64,000 nt of DNA from assembly GCA_000092065.1 (NCBI GenBank), contig CP000581.1; one strand, written 5' to 3'. A program made the translations under genes and the position numbers. The notes under the pieces were generated by a model, which saw only the letters and a program-made list of their open reading frames with translations, was not told the origin of the DNA and did no database searches. The stretch is from Ostreococcus lucimarinus (lineage: Eukaryota). This document shows, piece after piece, positions 49,238 through 58,124 of the stretch. The stretch's first letter is position 1. Each line of letters begins with the position of its first letter.

Positions 49238-49400
49238 CGCGCGTCGCCGTGTGTCGCGGCGTCCCGCGCGCGCTCGGACCGCCGGACCGCGGGCACGAGG
49301 CACGACTGACTCGCGCGCGTCACAACGCGCGCGCGCGACGAAGGCGACGCACCGACGCCTCGATCGCGTCGTCGGCGTCGTCGTCGAAGTCGCCGTCGCC

Positions 49401-50399
49401 ATGGGCTCGCCCGGCGGACGCAGCGCCGTCGTCATCGCGTGCTGGTACACCGCCAACGTCGGCGTGCTGCTGCTGAACAAGTACATCTTATCCGTGTATG
49501 GGTTCCGATTCCCGGTGTTCATGACGCTGTGTCACATGTGCATGTGTTCGGTGTTATCCGCGGCGGCGAGAGAGTTTAAGATCGTGCCGAAACAGTTCAT
49601 ACGGACGAGGCGACACTACGCCAAGGTGGCGGTGCTGGCGGTGACGTTTGCGCTGTCGGTGCTGGGAGGAAACGTGTCTCTGAGGTACATTCCAGTGAGC
49701 TTCAATCAAGCGTTGGGAGCGACGACACCATTCTTTACGGCTATTTTTGCGTATCTCATGCTGCGTAAGAAGGAAACGACGGCGACGTACATGACGCTCA
49801 TCCCCGTCGTCGGGGGCATAGCCGTGGCGACGTGGGGCGAGCCGAGTTTCAATTTTATTGGGTTCTGCGCGTGCCTCGTCGGGGTGTGCTGTCGAGCGTT
49901 AAAATCGGTGTTACAAGGATGGCTACTGACTCCAGCGGGGGAAAAGGAGGCGGAGAAAATGTCCAACTCGAACGAGAACAAGCTCGACAGTATGTCGCTT
50001 CTGTACTACATGTCGCCGGTGGCCATCGTGACGCTCGGAATTTGCACTTTCATCATGGAACCAGACGCAATATCGGCATTTTATGACGCGGCTGAGATGA
50101 ATCCGCCATTCATTGCCATTCTCTTAGGAAACTGTTTCGTGGCGTATCTCGTCAACCTGACGAATTTTCTCGTCACGGCGCACGTCGGCGCGCTTTCGCT
50201 TCAAGTTCTCGGCAACGCGAAGGGCGTCGTGTGCACTATCGTTAGCATCATGCTCTTCCGTAACCCGGTGACGTTTCGCAGCGTAGCTGGATACACGATT
50301 ACTATGGTCGGTGTTTGGCTTTACTCGTCGAGCAAGCGGCGTAGCGCCCGTTTGCAGGTCATCGAGAACGCCAACAAAAACTTAGCCTCAAAGGTGTAG
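49401..50399 (+). CDS. TPT/NST-family (drug-metabolite-transporter superfamily) sugar-phosphate or nucleotide-sugar transporter
   Basis: About 10 TM helices. 'CWYTANVGVLLLNKYIL', 'SFNQALGATTPFFTAIFAYLMLRKKET', 'ALSLQVLGNAKGVVCTIVSIMLFRNPVT' are hallmark TPT motifs. ATG at 49401. The last 33 codons lie inside the 398-bp inverted repeat. Confidence 0.8.
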   Translation: MGSPGGRSAVVIACWYTANVGVLLLNKYILSVYGFRFPVFMTLCHMCMCSVLSAAAREFKIVPKQFIRTRRHYAKVAVLAVTFALSVLGGNVSLRYIPVSFNQALGATTPFFTAIFAYLMLRKKETTATYMTLIPVVGGIAVATWGEPSFNFIGFCACLVGVCCRALKSVLQGWLLTPAGEKEAEKMSNSNENKLDSMSLLYYMSPVAIVTLGICTFIMEPDAISAFYDAAEMNPPFIAILLGNCFVAYLVNLTNFLVTAHVGALSLQVLGNAKGVVCTIVSIMLFRNPVTFRSVAGYTITMVGVWLYSSSKRRSARLQVIENANKNLASKV

Positions 50400-50696
50400 C
50401 GCGATGATTCTCTTCCTGTTACTCGTTCTTTGCGTGTCGTTTCACTTGTATTTCGGTCTTCTAAAGGCGCGAGTCTAAATACTCGATTCTAAAGGCGCGA
50501 GTAATCTAAGCTTTCGTCGTCTGAAGACGCTTCGAACTCGCGTTCGTACGCGCGTGAGCCGTTTCCGTAAGCGCGCGGCGCTTCGTCGGACTCCTCATCG
50601 CTCGAGCCATGCCGCGACGATCCAGCCGATGTCGCCATCTTCATACGCGCTGTAGCGCTTTCCACTCGCGACCGCTGACTATGCACTCGCGCAACA
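50299..50696. repeat. Inverted-repeat copy A (398 bp), reverse complement of 63293..63690
   Basis: Every segment I compared by eye is identical between the copies, including the reverse complement of 'tagattactcgcgcctttagaatcgagtatttagactcgcgcctttag'. Copy A contains the transporter 3' end on + and the channel's last 69 codons on - (track ORF 50489..50686). Confidence 0.85.
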
Positions 50697-50773
50697 CACG
50701 ACCTCGCGTCGGCGTCGGCGTCGAGCTCGTCGCGCGAATCATCTCGAGGGTGCCATCATCGTCTTCTACACGC

Positions 50774-52528
50774 TTACACGCTTCTACCTTCTAGACGTTC
50801 TAGACGTGCGAGAACGCGCGCGGTGGACGAACGATTGAATGAGCTGTGTCGAAACTCGACTTCGTGTACGGCATGGTCGGTGAGCTCGCCTTCGTCGCCT
50901 GAGAAATCGAAATGCCCAATGACGAGCGATTCGTCGACACCGTCGTGTTTCGAAAAGCGTCCCAACACGATGGGATACCATATCGCGTCGTCCTCAGGCA
51001 TATCTGCATACGGTATTTCTTGTTGTTGAAACCACGTCGGAATGATGTCAGCTGACGCGCGCGCGTGAGTTGGAAACAACTTCGCGACGCTCGTGCCGTC
51101 GCGAAACGCGCACACAAATTCGTGCTCGACGGCGAGACCACCATCTGGCATCCAACCGCGAAATACGAAGCGCGCGGCTTCAAAAAGATCTTTCGGATCG
51201 TTCAAAGCATCGCACGCCAAGGGGTTGAGACCTGCTTCCTCTAGTGCGACGGACCGAGCGACGTCCAGTGGGACTAAATCCTTCTCGCTGTCGACTTCGG
51301 CGATGAAGCCGGTGTAGCGGCCGGCGAATTCGCCGCGCGTGTGCTTCCCCAGCAGGATGCGACCGTTGGCGACGTCCAAAACGAGAAGCTGAGCAAAACG
51401 CTTTGGCGGTCTCGTAAGCTCTGATTTCGGGTACACCTGCTTGTCGATCATATCGGCGAGGTTGTCGCTGGCGCGAGTGACGTTTTGTCCGACGTGATCG
51501 CCTTGTGTCCGCGGTTCGTACGCTGCATTCAACGGACGATGCGGAGTGACAAACTGTGGAAGTGGCGCAATGACGGCGTCGTCGTTGAGACCGTTGAATC
51601 TCACGAGCGATAATCGATCTCGTCCATCGCGAGATGGTCGAACGCGATGCGGCGTCGCGCGTACGACTCCGTTTGTAAAAATCTCGAAAGCGTCCGACAG
51701 AATGCACGTAAAAATGGCCTCATTCTCGTACGCCGGCGCCGAGCGCCACGCACCATCTCGCCCTTGGAGCTCTAATCCTTCGCACGTCTGATGAAGAAGT
51801 GTGAAGAATTCAAAGTCTGTGTGCTCCGAGATACCAACTATTTCCACTTTCGACGCGGCGATTCGTTCGCTGCGTCGCGTAGTCGAGTCCTCCTCGTTCG
51901 CTTCGTCATCCACTTTCATCGATGGATATCGCATTGCGCGCATGCTGCAGTGTGACGTATTGCCAAATTTCTTTACCCAGACGTCTTCGTCGTCGACGTG
52001 AAGCGCCTTCGCAAAGCATCGATACAGCGTCCTCGCCGCGCCATCGCACGCGCTGTAAAAACTGCAAAACGCACTTTGCATCGCGGGCACCTCCACCGGC
52101 CAATCCATAGGTCCAAGTCCTCGTGCCGCGTCGTCACCTCGTTCGTCTCGCACTTGCTCAATCTCACATGAGCTCAACTCTCGAACGACATCAAACGACT
52201 CGACGAGCGCGGCTGTTTTCTTTTGGTAAGAGTACTCTTCCAGCAGGGGCACGAAACCACCGCTCTCGTTCGCGTATTGCGAGTGTACGTACAGCGCCTT
52301 CACGTCTTCTGGCAGCGAGAAGAACGTTCGGGCGATGTCGTACGTGCGCGCGACGTCGAACGGCGCGACGCGCGACGTTGACGCCTCGCCGACGTCTCGA
52401 GCGTCGAGCTCGAAGTAACCGACACGCTCGCTCGACGTCAGCGCTTCACCCAGACGCGCGATTTCGACGTCGTCGCCGTCCGCGAGCTTGATGAGAGATA
52501 CTCGCGGCACGCTGTCGCTCGCGTGCAT
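50774..52528 (-). CDS. Fusion protein: 2-oxoglutarate/Fe(II)-dependent oxygenase (DIOX_N plus 2OG-FeII_Oxy) with a C-terminal Nudix hydrolase domain
   Basis: Oxygenase 'HTDFEFFTLLHQ...ATPHRV' (HxD...H facial triad plus basic 2OG-binding residue) with an N-terminal 'VSLIKLADGDDVEIARLGEALTSSERVGYFEL' DIOX_N-like region. The C-terminal ~150 aa carry a Nudix-box-like 'GRYTGFIAEVDSEKDLVPLDVARSVALEEAGL'. Start at ATG 52528; the track ORF extends to 52918 with a possible TM segment. Confidence 0.6.
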   Translation of the reverse strand: MHASDSVPRVSLIKLADGDDVEIARLGEALTSSERVGYFELDARDVGEASTSRVAPFDVARTYDIARTFFSLPEDVKALYVHSQYANESGGFVPLLEEYSYQKKTAALVESFDVVRELSSCEIEQVRDERGDDAARGLGPMDWPVEVPAMQSAFCSFYSACDGAARTLYRCFAKALHVDDEDVWVKKFGNTSHCSMRAMRYPSMKVDDEANEEDSTTRRSERIAASKVEIVGISEHTDFEFFTLLHQTCEGLELQGRDGAWRSAPAYENEAIFTCILSDAFEIFTNGVVRATPHRVRPSRDGRDRLSLVRFNGLNDDAVIAPLPQFVTPHRPLNAAYEPRTQGDHVGQNVTRASDNLADMIDKQVYPKSELTRPPKRFAQLLVLDVANGRILLGKHTRGEFAGRYTGFIAEVDSEKDLVPLDVARSVALEEAGLNPLACDALNDPKDLFEAARFVFRGWMPDGGLAVEHEFVCAFRDGTSVAKLFPTHARASADIIPTWFQQQEIPYADMPEDDAIWYPIVLGRFSKHDGVDESLVIGHFDFSGDEGELTDHAVHEVEFRHSSFNRSSTARVLARLERLEGRSV

Positions 52529-52916
52529 GACGCGACGAGCGATCGAACGAGGAGAGTCGTCGCTCACGTCGTCGTGTGACGCGCCGATGCACGAAAAACT
52601 CCTCACACGACGACGTGGGCGACGACGAATCGAACGACGACGAATCGCGAGCAAGATGACGAACGCGACGAGCGAGCGAGTTATTGGCGTCGCCCACGAC
52701 GTGCTGCCACAACGAGCGAAGAAGAAACCGCGACGAGACACAGCGATGACGGAGAGGACGGCTTCGACTTCTTCGGCGGCTGAGGCCGACCCGACGCCGC
52801 TGACGACGGACGATGAGGACGTTCGACGGGGATTCGAAAGCACGGACGCGCGCGTCGTGCGATACGCGCCAGAACACGATGACTTTCGAGCGCGCGAGGA
52901 CGAAGACGAAGACGAC

Positions 52917-53396
52917 ATGCGAGCGCGAAGAGGAGTGCAATACGCTTATAAAGACCACACGGCTGACATTCAGATACACGCCTGGGGATGCGATCTCGCT
53001 GAAGCCTACGCCTGGGCCGCGCTGGCGATGTTTGATTACATGACCCCGCTGGAGGACTGCGCTCGAGTGCGGACGACGCGATTCAAGGAAATACGCGCGA
53101 GCGGGCATGATTTAGACACCTTGCTCTTCGCATTTCTCGACGAGCTTTTGTTCACGTTTCACACAGAGATGCTCATATGCACGGCGGTGCAAGTTTGCGA
53201 GTTCAATCGAGACGAATGGAGTATTCGAGCAGTTGTGGGCGGGACGACGTTCGTCGACGGTGAGACGCGTCAAGGCACGGAGATTAAAGCCATCACATAC
53301 AGCGCGATGAAAATCATAGAACGAGGCGAGATTAGCAAAGACGATGAAAGCACCGGAGTACATCGCGCAGAGTTGTTCGTCATCGTTGACATTTAG
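52917..53396 (+). CDS. ZBTB8OS: Archease (tRNA-splicing ligase RtcB activator)
   Basis: 'YAYKDHTADIQIHAWGCDLAEAYAWAALAMFDYM', 'GHDLDTLLFAFLDELLF' and 'IKAITYSAMKI' match the archease family over full length. ATG at 52917 sits inside a CATG shared with the divergent ORF's track start. Confidence 0.85.
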   Translation: MRARRGVQYAYKDHTADIQIHAWGCDLAEAYAWAALAMFDYMTPLEDCARVRTTRFKEIRASGHDLDTLLFAFLDELLFTFHTEMLICTAVQVCEFNRDEWSIRAVVGGTTFVDGETRQGTEIKAITYSAMKIIERGEISKDDESTGVHRAELFVIVDI

Positions 53397-53439
53397 AACG
53401 CACACACGTCGTAGTTTAGCAGCATCTATAATACAATTC

Positions 53440-54834
53440 TCAACCGAGCCACTCTTCGATGGTCGCCTTCGGTTCGCTGAAGACTAAATCATCTTTAGTC
53501 AGCGGTAAAGACTCTTCCACGAGCTGCACAAGCTGTCTTCGCAGAGCCATCGTTAGCGCTGGCTGCCGAATCGAAGCGTTGAGCTCGACAAACTGCCCGA
53601 GCGAACGTTGCTTCAAGTTGCAGCTCCCCAACATCCCGAAATCCGCCACGGATTCGTCCTCGCTCTCCGCGTACAACACCTTGGCGTGCAGCATGTCGTC
53701 TATGAGAAATATTTTCAAGTTGTTCGAGTCACCGCTTCGCCGCGACGCGTTCACGTCGACCAGTCGTTTGAGCGCCTTGCGATTTGCGTCGTGATACACG
53801 TTCGGCGTTCGAGGGACGATGAGCGTGAGTGACGCGTCGCGTCGCCTCAACATTTCGGCGAGCATATCCGCTCCCATGGAATCAATGTAGGCCATCGCGA
53901 CGGAATATTTCGAGTACCTGGTGTCTCGAAGTAACTGCTTCATCGCTTGCTTCACCTCGAAACGCCCGGGAAAGGTCATATATCTAGGGAAAGTCCAGGC
54001 GATTGGAGACCAGCCCGTCGGTAGATTACTCGCAAAAACGATATCTGCGTCGTCGTTCGACGTAATTGTGCGCTCGAAGCTTCCCAATGCATACCGCATG
54101 GCGTCCACAGCCGCTCGACCATCCGCTCTAATGGCGAAATCGCGCCAATTTGTAAATCTATCGCCGACGTTGACGCCGCCGAATATAACCGACGGCAATC
54201 CGGTGCCGTGTTTTCGCTCGACAATCATGAACTTTGCGTGCGTCGCTTGCGAAACCGGTGTGAACGAAAAATGCTCCGCCCCGAGTTCTTCTTGTAGCGC
54301 TTCTAACTCTGCCGTTAACGTCGTCGTCCCTTCGCACCATCGCGTGAACTTGCTCACAACGGAACCGTCCACAGAGCACTTCACGCGCACGCCTCGCTTG
54401 ACCGCTCTCTTCATCGCCGCGACGACTTTGTCGCTCGATTTCCCGCGCTCGAACACGTACACGCTGAACTCTACGCTATCGCCCTTACTCGTCGTTCCAA
54501 GTTCACGACACAACGCCTCGACGACGTCGACATACGACGTGAGTAACCGCAGCGGTCTCGCCTTGACCACGCGGGCGCCTTCGTCGAACGACCCCGACGA
54601 CGAGACGTCGTCGTCGAACGAGCGCGATGCCGATCGCGAGCCTGCAAACGAACGACTTCCGACGCGATGGTTTTCTACCGTCGGCGGCGCGCGGCCGCGC
54701 TGCGACGTCTCCGCCGCGTGCGCTCGCACACGATGCCGCGTTGCCGCGTCGCCCCGTCTTCGCGACGCGCGCGTCGACGCGCGCGACCTCGGACGTGCGC
54801 GAGGCACGATACTCGCGGCGATGCGCGCCGACAT
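53440..54834 (-). CDS. cls: PLD-superfamily (two HKD motifs) bacterial-type cardiolipin synthase / phospholipase D-like protein, organelle-targeted
   Basis: HKD-1 'ATHAKFMIVERKHG...GGVNVGDRF'; HKD-2 'MLHAKVLYAESEDESVADFGMLGSCNLKQRS'. Length and spacing are like ClsA. Arg/Ser-rich presequence; ATG at 54834 (the track start 54918 is TTG). Confidence 0.8.
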   Translation of the reverse strand: MSARIAASIVPRARPRSRASTRASRRRGDAATRHRVRAHAAETSQRGRAPPTVENHRVGSRSFAGSRSASRSFDDDVSSSGSFDEGARVVKARPLRLLTSYVDVVEALCRELGTTSKGDSVEFSVYVFERGKSSDKVVAAMKRAVKRGVRVKCSVDGSVVSKFTRWCEGTTTLTAELEALQEELGAEHFSFTPVSQATHAKFMIVERKHGTGLPSVIFGGVNVGDRFTNWRDFAIRADGRAAVDAMRYALGSFERTITSNDDADIVFASNLPTGWSPIAWTFPRYMTFPGRFEVKQAMKQLLRDTRYSKYSVAMAYIDSMGADMLAEMLRRRDASLTLIVPRTPNVYHDANRKALKRLVDVNASRRSGDSNNLKIFLIDDMLHAKVLYAESEDESVADFGMLGSCNLKQRSLGQFVELNASIRQPALTMALRRQLVQLVEESLPLTKDDLVFSEPKATIEEWLG

Positions 54835-55089
54835 CGACGACGCGCACCGCTCGCGCCTCGCGCCTCGCTCTCGGCGGCACGAACGACGCGACGCGTTTTG
54901 GCGTAACCAACCAACCAAAGATACGCTCGCGCGCGCGGGAATTTCAGCGCTTTATTTTGTTGCAGAGGTGAGGTTGGGCGGTGCGGATATCATATCGTAC
55001 GGCGGTGACGATATCGTGCGATAAGAAATGCGAGATGACATCTACGTCTCATAGAATACAAAGAAAGAATCATGCGCTGCTAAAATCGA

Positions 55090-55722
55090 CTACGCCGCCG
55101 TGCCGTCGGCCAAACTCTGGCGGAGGTTTCGTAAGATCCTCCGCGACGCTCCGGCGAGCTCGCCCGGGATTTCGTTTTCGGCGTCCTCTTTCGCAACGCC
55201 CGCGTTCGCGAGTGCATTCCTTCCCTTTAACTGTAAAACTCCACCCTCCCTATCGTTTTCACCGAGACTTAGGCTCGTGAGATTGTACGCCTCGTCGAAC
55301 GCCTTGGCCTCGGCGGCGCCTCCTTCGTGTTTCGTCAGCGCGGTCCGGAGACCGATCACGGACGCGCGCAAAAGGCGGTTCTCCACCTCGAGCGCGGCGT
55401 TGGATTCGCTCAAATCTATGATCACCTTATCCCGCACCTCCTCCGTCCTCGTCGCACCGCGCGCACCGATTTCACCTTTTATTCCCTGTCCATCGCGGCC
55501 ACCGTTCGCGCGCTGATTCCTTCGCGTCTTGGCGGGCGTGAAGTCGTTCGCGGTGAGCAAGAGAAAGAAAAACACGAAGAACATGATGTACCCACGCTGC
55601 GCGTTCGCCGCACGCGGGTCCGTCATCACCGTCATAGCGACGGAACGCGAGCAGCTCCACTCAATGTCGATCGACTGGCACTCTTCGCCCCTTCTCACTC
55701 GCCCACGCGGGCGACGACGCAT
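55090..55722 (-). CDS. Hypothetical small protein with N-terminal signal-anchor ('IMFFVFFFLLLTANDF')
   Basis: ATG at 55722. One hydrophobic segment, then a soluble Ala/Glu-rich region. No family recognised. Confidence 0.35.
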   Translation of the reverse strand: MRRRPRGRVRRGEECQSIDIEWSCSRSVAMTVMTDPRAANAQRGYIMFFVFFFLLLTANDFTPAKTRRNQRANGGRDGQGIKGEIGARGATRTEEVRDKVIIDLSESNAALEVENRLLRASVIGLRTALTKHEGGAAEAKAFDEAYNLTSLSLGENDREGGVLQLKGRNALANAGVAKEDAENEIPGELAGASRRILRNLRQSLADGTAA

Positions 55723-55802
55723 TCGCGCTTTCTGACTCAGTAAGCCACACGCTGCATGTTGTCGTTGCGTGCGTTTAATAATACTACAGGACTAAGGTAT
55801 AT

Positions 55803-57866
55803 CTATGGCGCCGCGTCTCGTTTCGTCGCTCTCGCCTGTATGTTTTTCGTCAACTCGGCTTGAATCTCGATCAATTCGGCGTTCATGCGCGCAATGTGCT
55901 GTCTTCGCAGTTCTTCCGTTTCAAACGACCCCTTCATAGCCTTGCGGACGCTTTCAGGAGTGTTGTCTCGCACCAAAGGTACGATTGAATCTCCAATGGC
56001 GTCCTCTAAAGCTTCGTACGTCGGCTTCCAAGGCGCCGGCACGGCGTCGTCGAGGCGACTCTTGAACCGTCGGAGCTTGGGCATGAGCGGCGGCGCCGCC
56101 TCCTCGATATTCATCTTGATGGTCTCGAGTCGCTTTTTGAGTTGTTTCATTCGCTCCACTTCGTCAAGCGTCGCTTCAACGCGCATAATTTCCTGCTGAA
56201 TCTTAGAGAGTCGGCTCGCTTTGTCCTCCTCGGTAGTCAAGAGCGCGACGTCGTCGGGCTTGCGTCGCACGAGAAGGCGCACGATGCGCTCTCGAACGCT
56301 CTTTCTCCCAGACTTGAGGTCGTTCTGCCTCGCCACATACCTGCGAACCGCACGTCGACGTTTCTGAGTACCTCCGCGCGCGCTCTGTAGCGCTCTCGTC
56401 AGTTCTTCCTCCTCCTGGCGCTTCTTCGCTAACGTTTGGATGTCCATCGGTCCGTCTGTGAGAATGGTGAATCGCCCCTTTGGAATCTCCTTGAAGTTCT
56501 TGTTTACCACGCGCTTTTCACGGTCCAACGCAGCGTACGCAGCGGCATCCAAAGTGCCTGAGTTGGAGATGGACGCACTCGCTCGCGCTGACGCCCATTT
56601 CCGCTTCTCGTACGATACAACTCGCGTCGTCGGACCGGGCAAGCCGCTCTGTCGGCGGAGCGTGTTGCGCACTTGGCGACTCAGATTCCCCACGGCCGGT
56701 CCGCCGCAAAAGTAAACCCATGGAATCCACGTGGGGATTCCAAGGATATCTGGATGAGAGTACGAATACAGATGACCGTAGTTGATCAACACGATTTCCG
56801 CCACGGGCCCGCACACCGCGGTTAAACTAGCCATGAACAGTCCCTGCGCGCTGTTGTCGAAGAAATACCACGTCGTCACCGCCCATACGCACAAAAATAT
56901 ATCAATCAAATGGTACGGCAGGAAACCATCCACGAAGGGCGATTGCGGCGACGCCAAAATTCCAGAGACGAGGTATTGAAACGCAAAGACGCTGATGCAC
57001 AGATTGACGCTCACCCAGCTCGGCTGCCAACCCAAAGCGGGCTTGCCTTTTGCATTTTCAATCAACTCTGACGTCCTACTCACGATTTGTTCGGTGCCTT
57101 GGAGACCTTTTCGTATCTCAATCTCTCTCGCGCGCTTCACCGACGAGCGAATGCGAAATTCATCGAGACTTGTGTGCCCGAGACCGATGACGATTGCCGC
57201 GGCGCCAAACAGCGGTGGCACCCACCACCCAGTCTCTAAAACACCATTTTCGTTCACAAACATGATTCGAAACAGGTCCTTCACCGGTTCGGGGGCTATG
57301 AAATTCATGATTGGACCGAACGGCGAGTTCCACAACGGTGCGAATAGGGCATCAAAATGAATTTGCAACGGCGTCGCGTAGTGCAACACGTCGAATCGCG
57401 AGTGTTGGTGGTCGAGTAAAGGCCCCAATATTGCCCCCGCCACGAACATCAACGCCACTTCGTTCGCGAACGCGACGCGCTCGCGCTCGACTTCTTCTTC
57501 CACGATCTCTGGCGTCATCGCCGGAGCGCGTCCCGTGACACCGGCCAACGCATTTCTCTTTCCGTCGTCGCCGTCGCCGCCGTTCGTCGACGTCGCCGTC
57601 CCGCTCGCCGGAGCACCTCCCGTCTTCACGACGCGCGACACCACGCGCGCGGCGTCTTGTCGACGCGATAACGCTTCCATCTCTTCCTCTCGCTTCGCGC
57701 GTTCTCTCGCGCGTCGCTCGCTCTTCGCATTCGTCGTCGACGACGCCGGCGTCGGCTCGGATGTCGCGCGCGCGACGACGCGCGCGCGGGCGTCGTCGCG
57801 CGCGCGACGTCGCGCGCGCGCGTCGGCCGGCGCCGAGACCGCGCGCGCGACGACGCCCGCGCGCAT
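55803..57866 (-). CDS. Hypothetical polytopic membrane protein with C-terminal coiled-coil, transit-peptide-like N-terminus
   Basis: Several hydrophobic helices ('LMFVAGAILGPLL', 'WVPPLFGAAAIVIGLGH', 'VSVNLCISVFAFQYLVSGIL', 'LIDIFLCVWAVTTWYFF'), then ~250 aa of charged heptad-like sequence. The track start 58010 is GTG; the first ATG is 57866. Confidence 0.45.
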   Translation of the reverse strand: MRAGVVARAVSAPADARARRRARDDARARVVARATSEPTPASSTTNAKSERRARERAKREEEMEALSRRQDAARVVSRVVKTGGAPASGTATSTNGGDGDDGKRNALAGVTGRAPAMTPEIVEEEVERERVAFANEVALMFVAGAILGPLLDHQHSRFDVLHYATPLQIHFDALFAPLWNSPFGPIMNFIAPEPVKDLFRIMFVNENGVLETGWWVPPLFGAAAIVIGLGHTSLDEFRIRSSVKRAREIEIRKGLQGTEQIVSRTSELIENAKGKPALGWQPSWVSVNLCISVFAFQYLVSGILASPQSPFVDGFLPYHLIDIFLCVWAVTTWYFFDNSAQGLFMASLTAVCGPVAEIVLINYGHLYSYSHPDILGIPTWIPWVYFCGGPAVGNLSRQVRNTLRRQSGLPGPTTRVVSYEKRKWASARASASISNSGTLDAAAYAALDREKRVVNKNFKEIPKGRFTILTDGPMDIQTLAKKRQEEEELTRALQSARGGTQKRRRAVRRYVARQNDLKSGRKSVRERIVRLLVRRKPDDVALLTTEEDKASRLSKIQQEIMRVEATLDEVERMKQLKKRLETIKMNIEEAAPPLMPKLRRFKSRLDDAVPAPWKPTYEALEDAIGDSIVPLVRDNTPESVRKAMKGSFETEELRRQHIARMNAELIEIQAELTKNIQARATKRDAAP

Positions 57867-58082
57867 ATTCGCTCGAACCCTCGCTCGCGGCGCGTCGCGT
57901 CGCGCACTCGCGTCGCGCGGCGCGCGCGCACCGACCAACGGCTGCGGACGCCCGCTCGGGGCGCGGAACGTTCGTCTCCGAAAGGGCGCATTGACGATGG
58001 CGAACGCCACGTCACGTCGCGCGCAACTTCACTCGCGCAGGTCAGGTGACACCGTCCGCGGCGCGTCCGCGGCGCGCGATCG

Positions 58083-58086
58083 ATGG

Positions 58087-58124
<38 letters not shown>

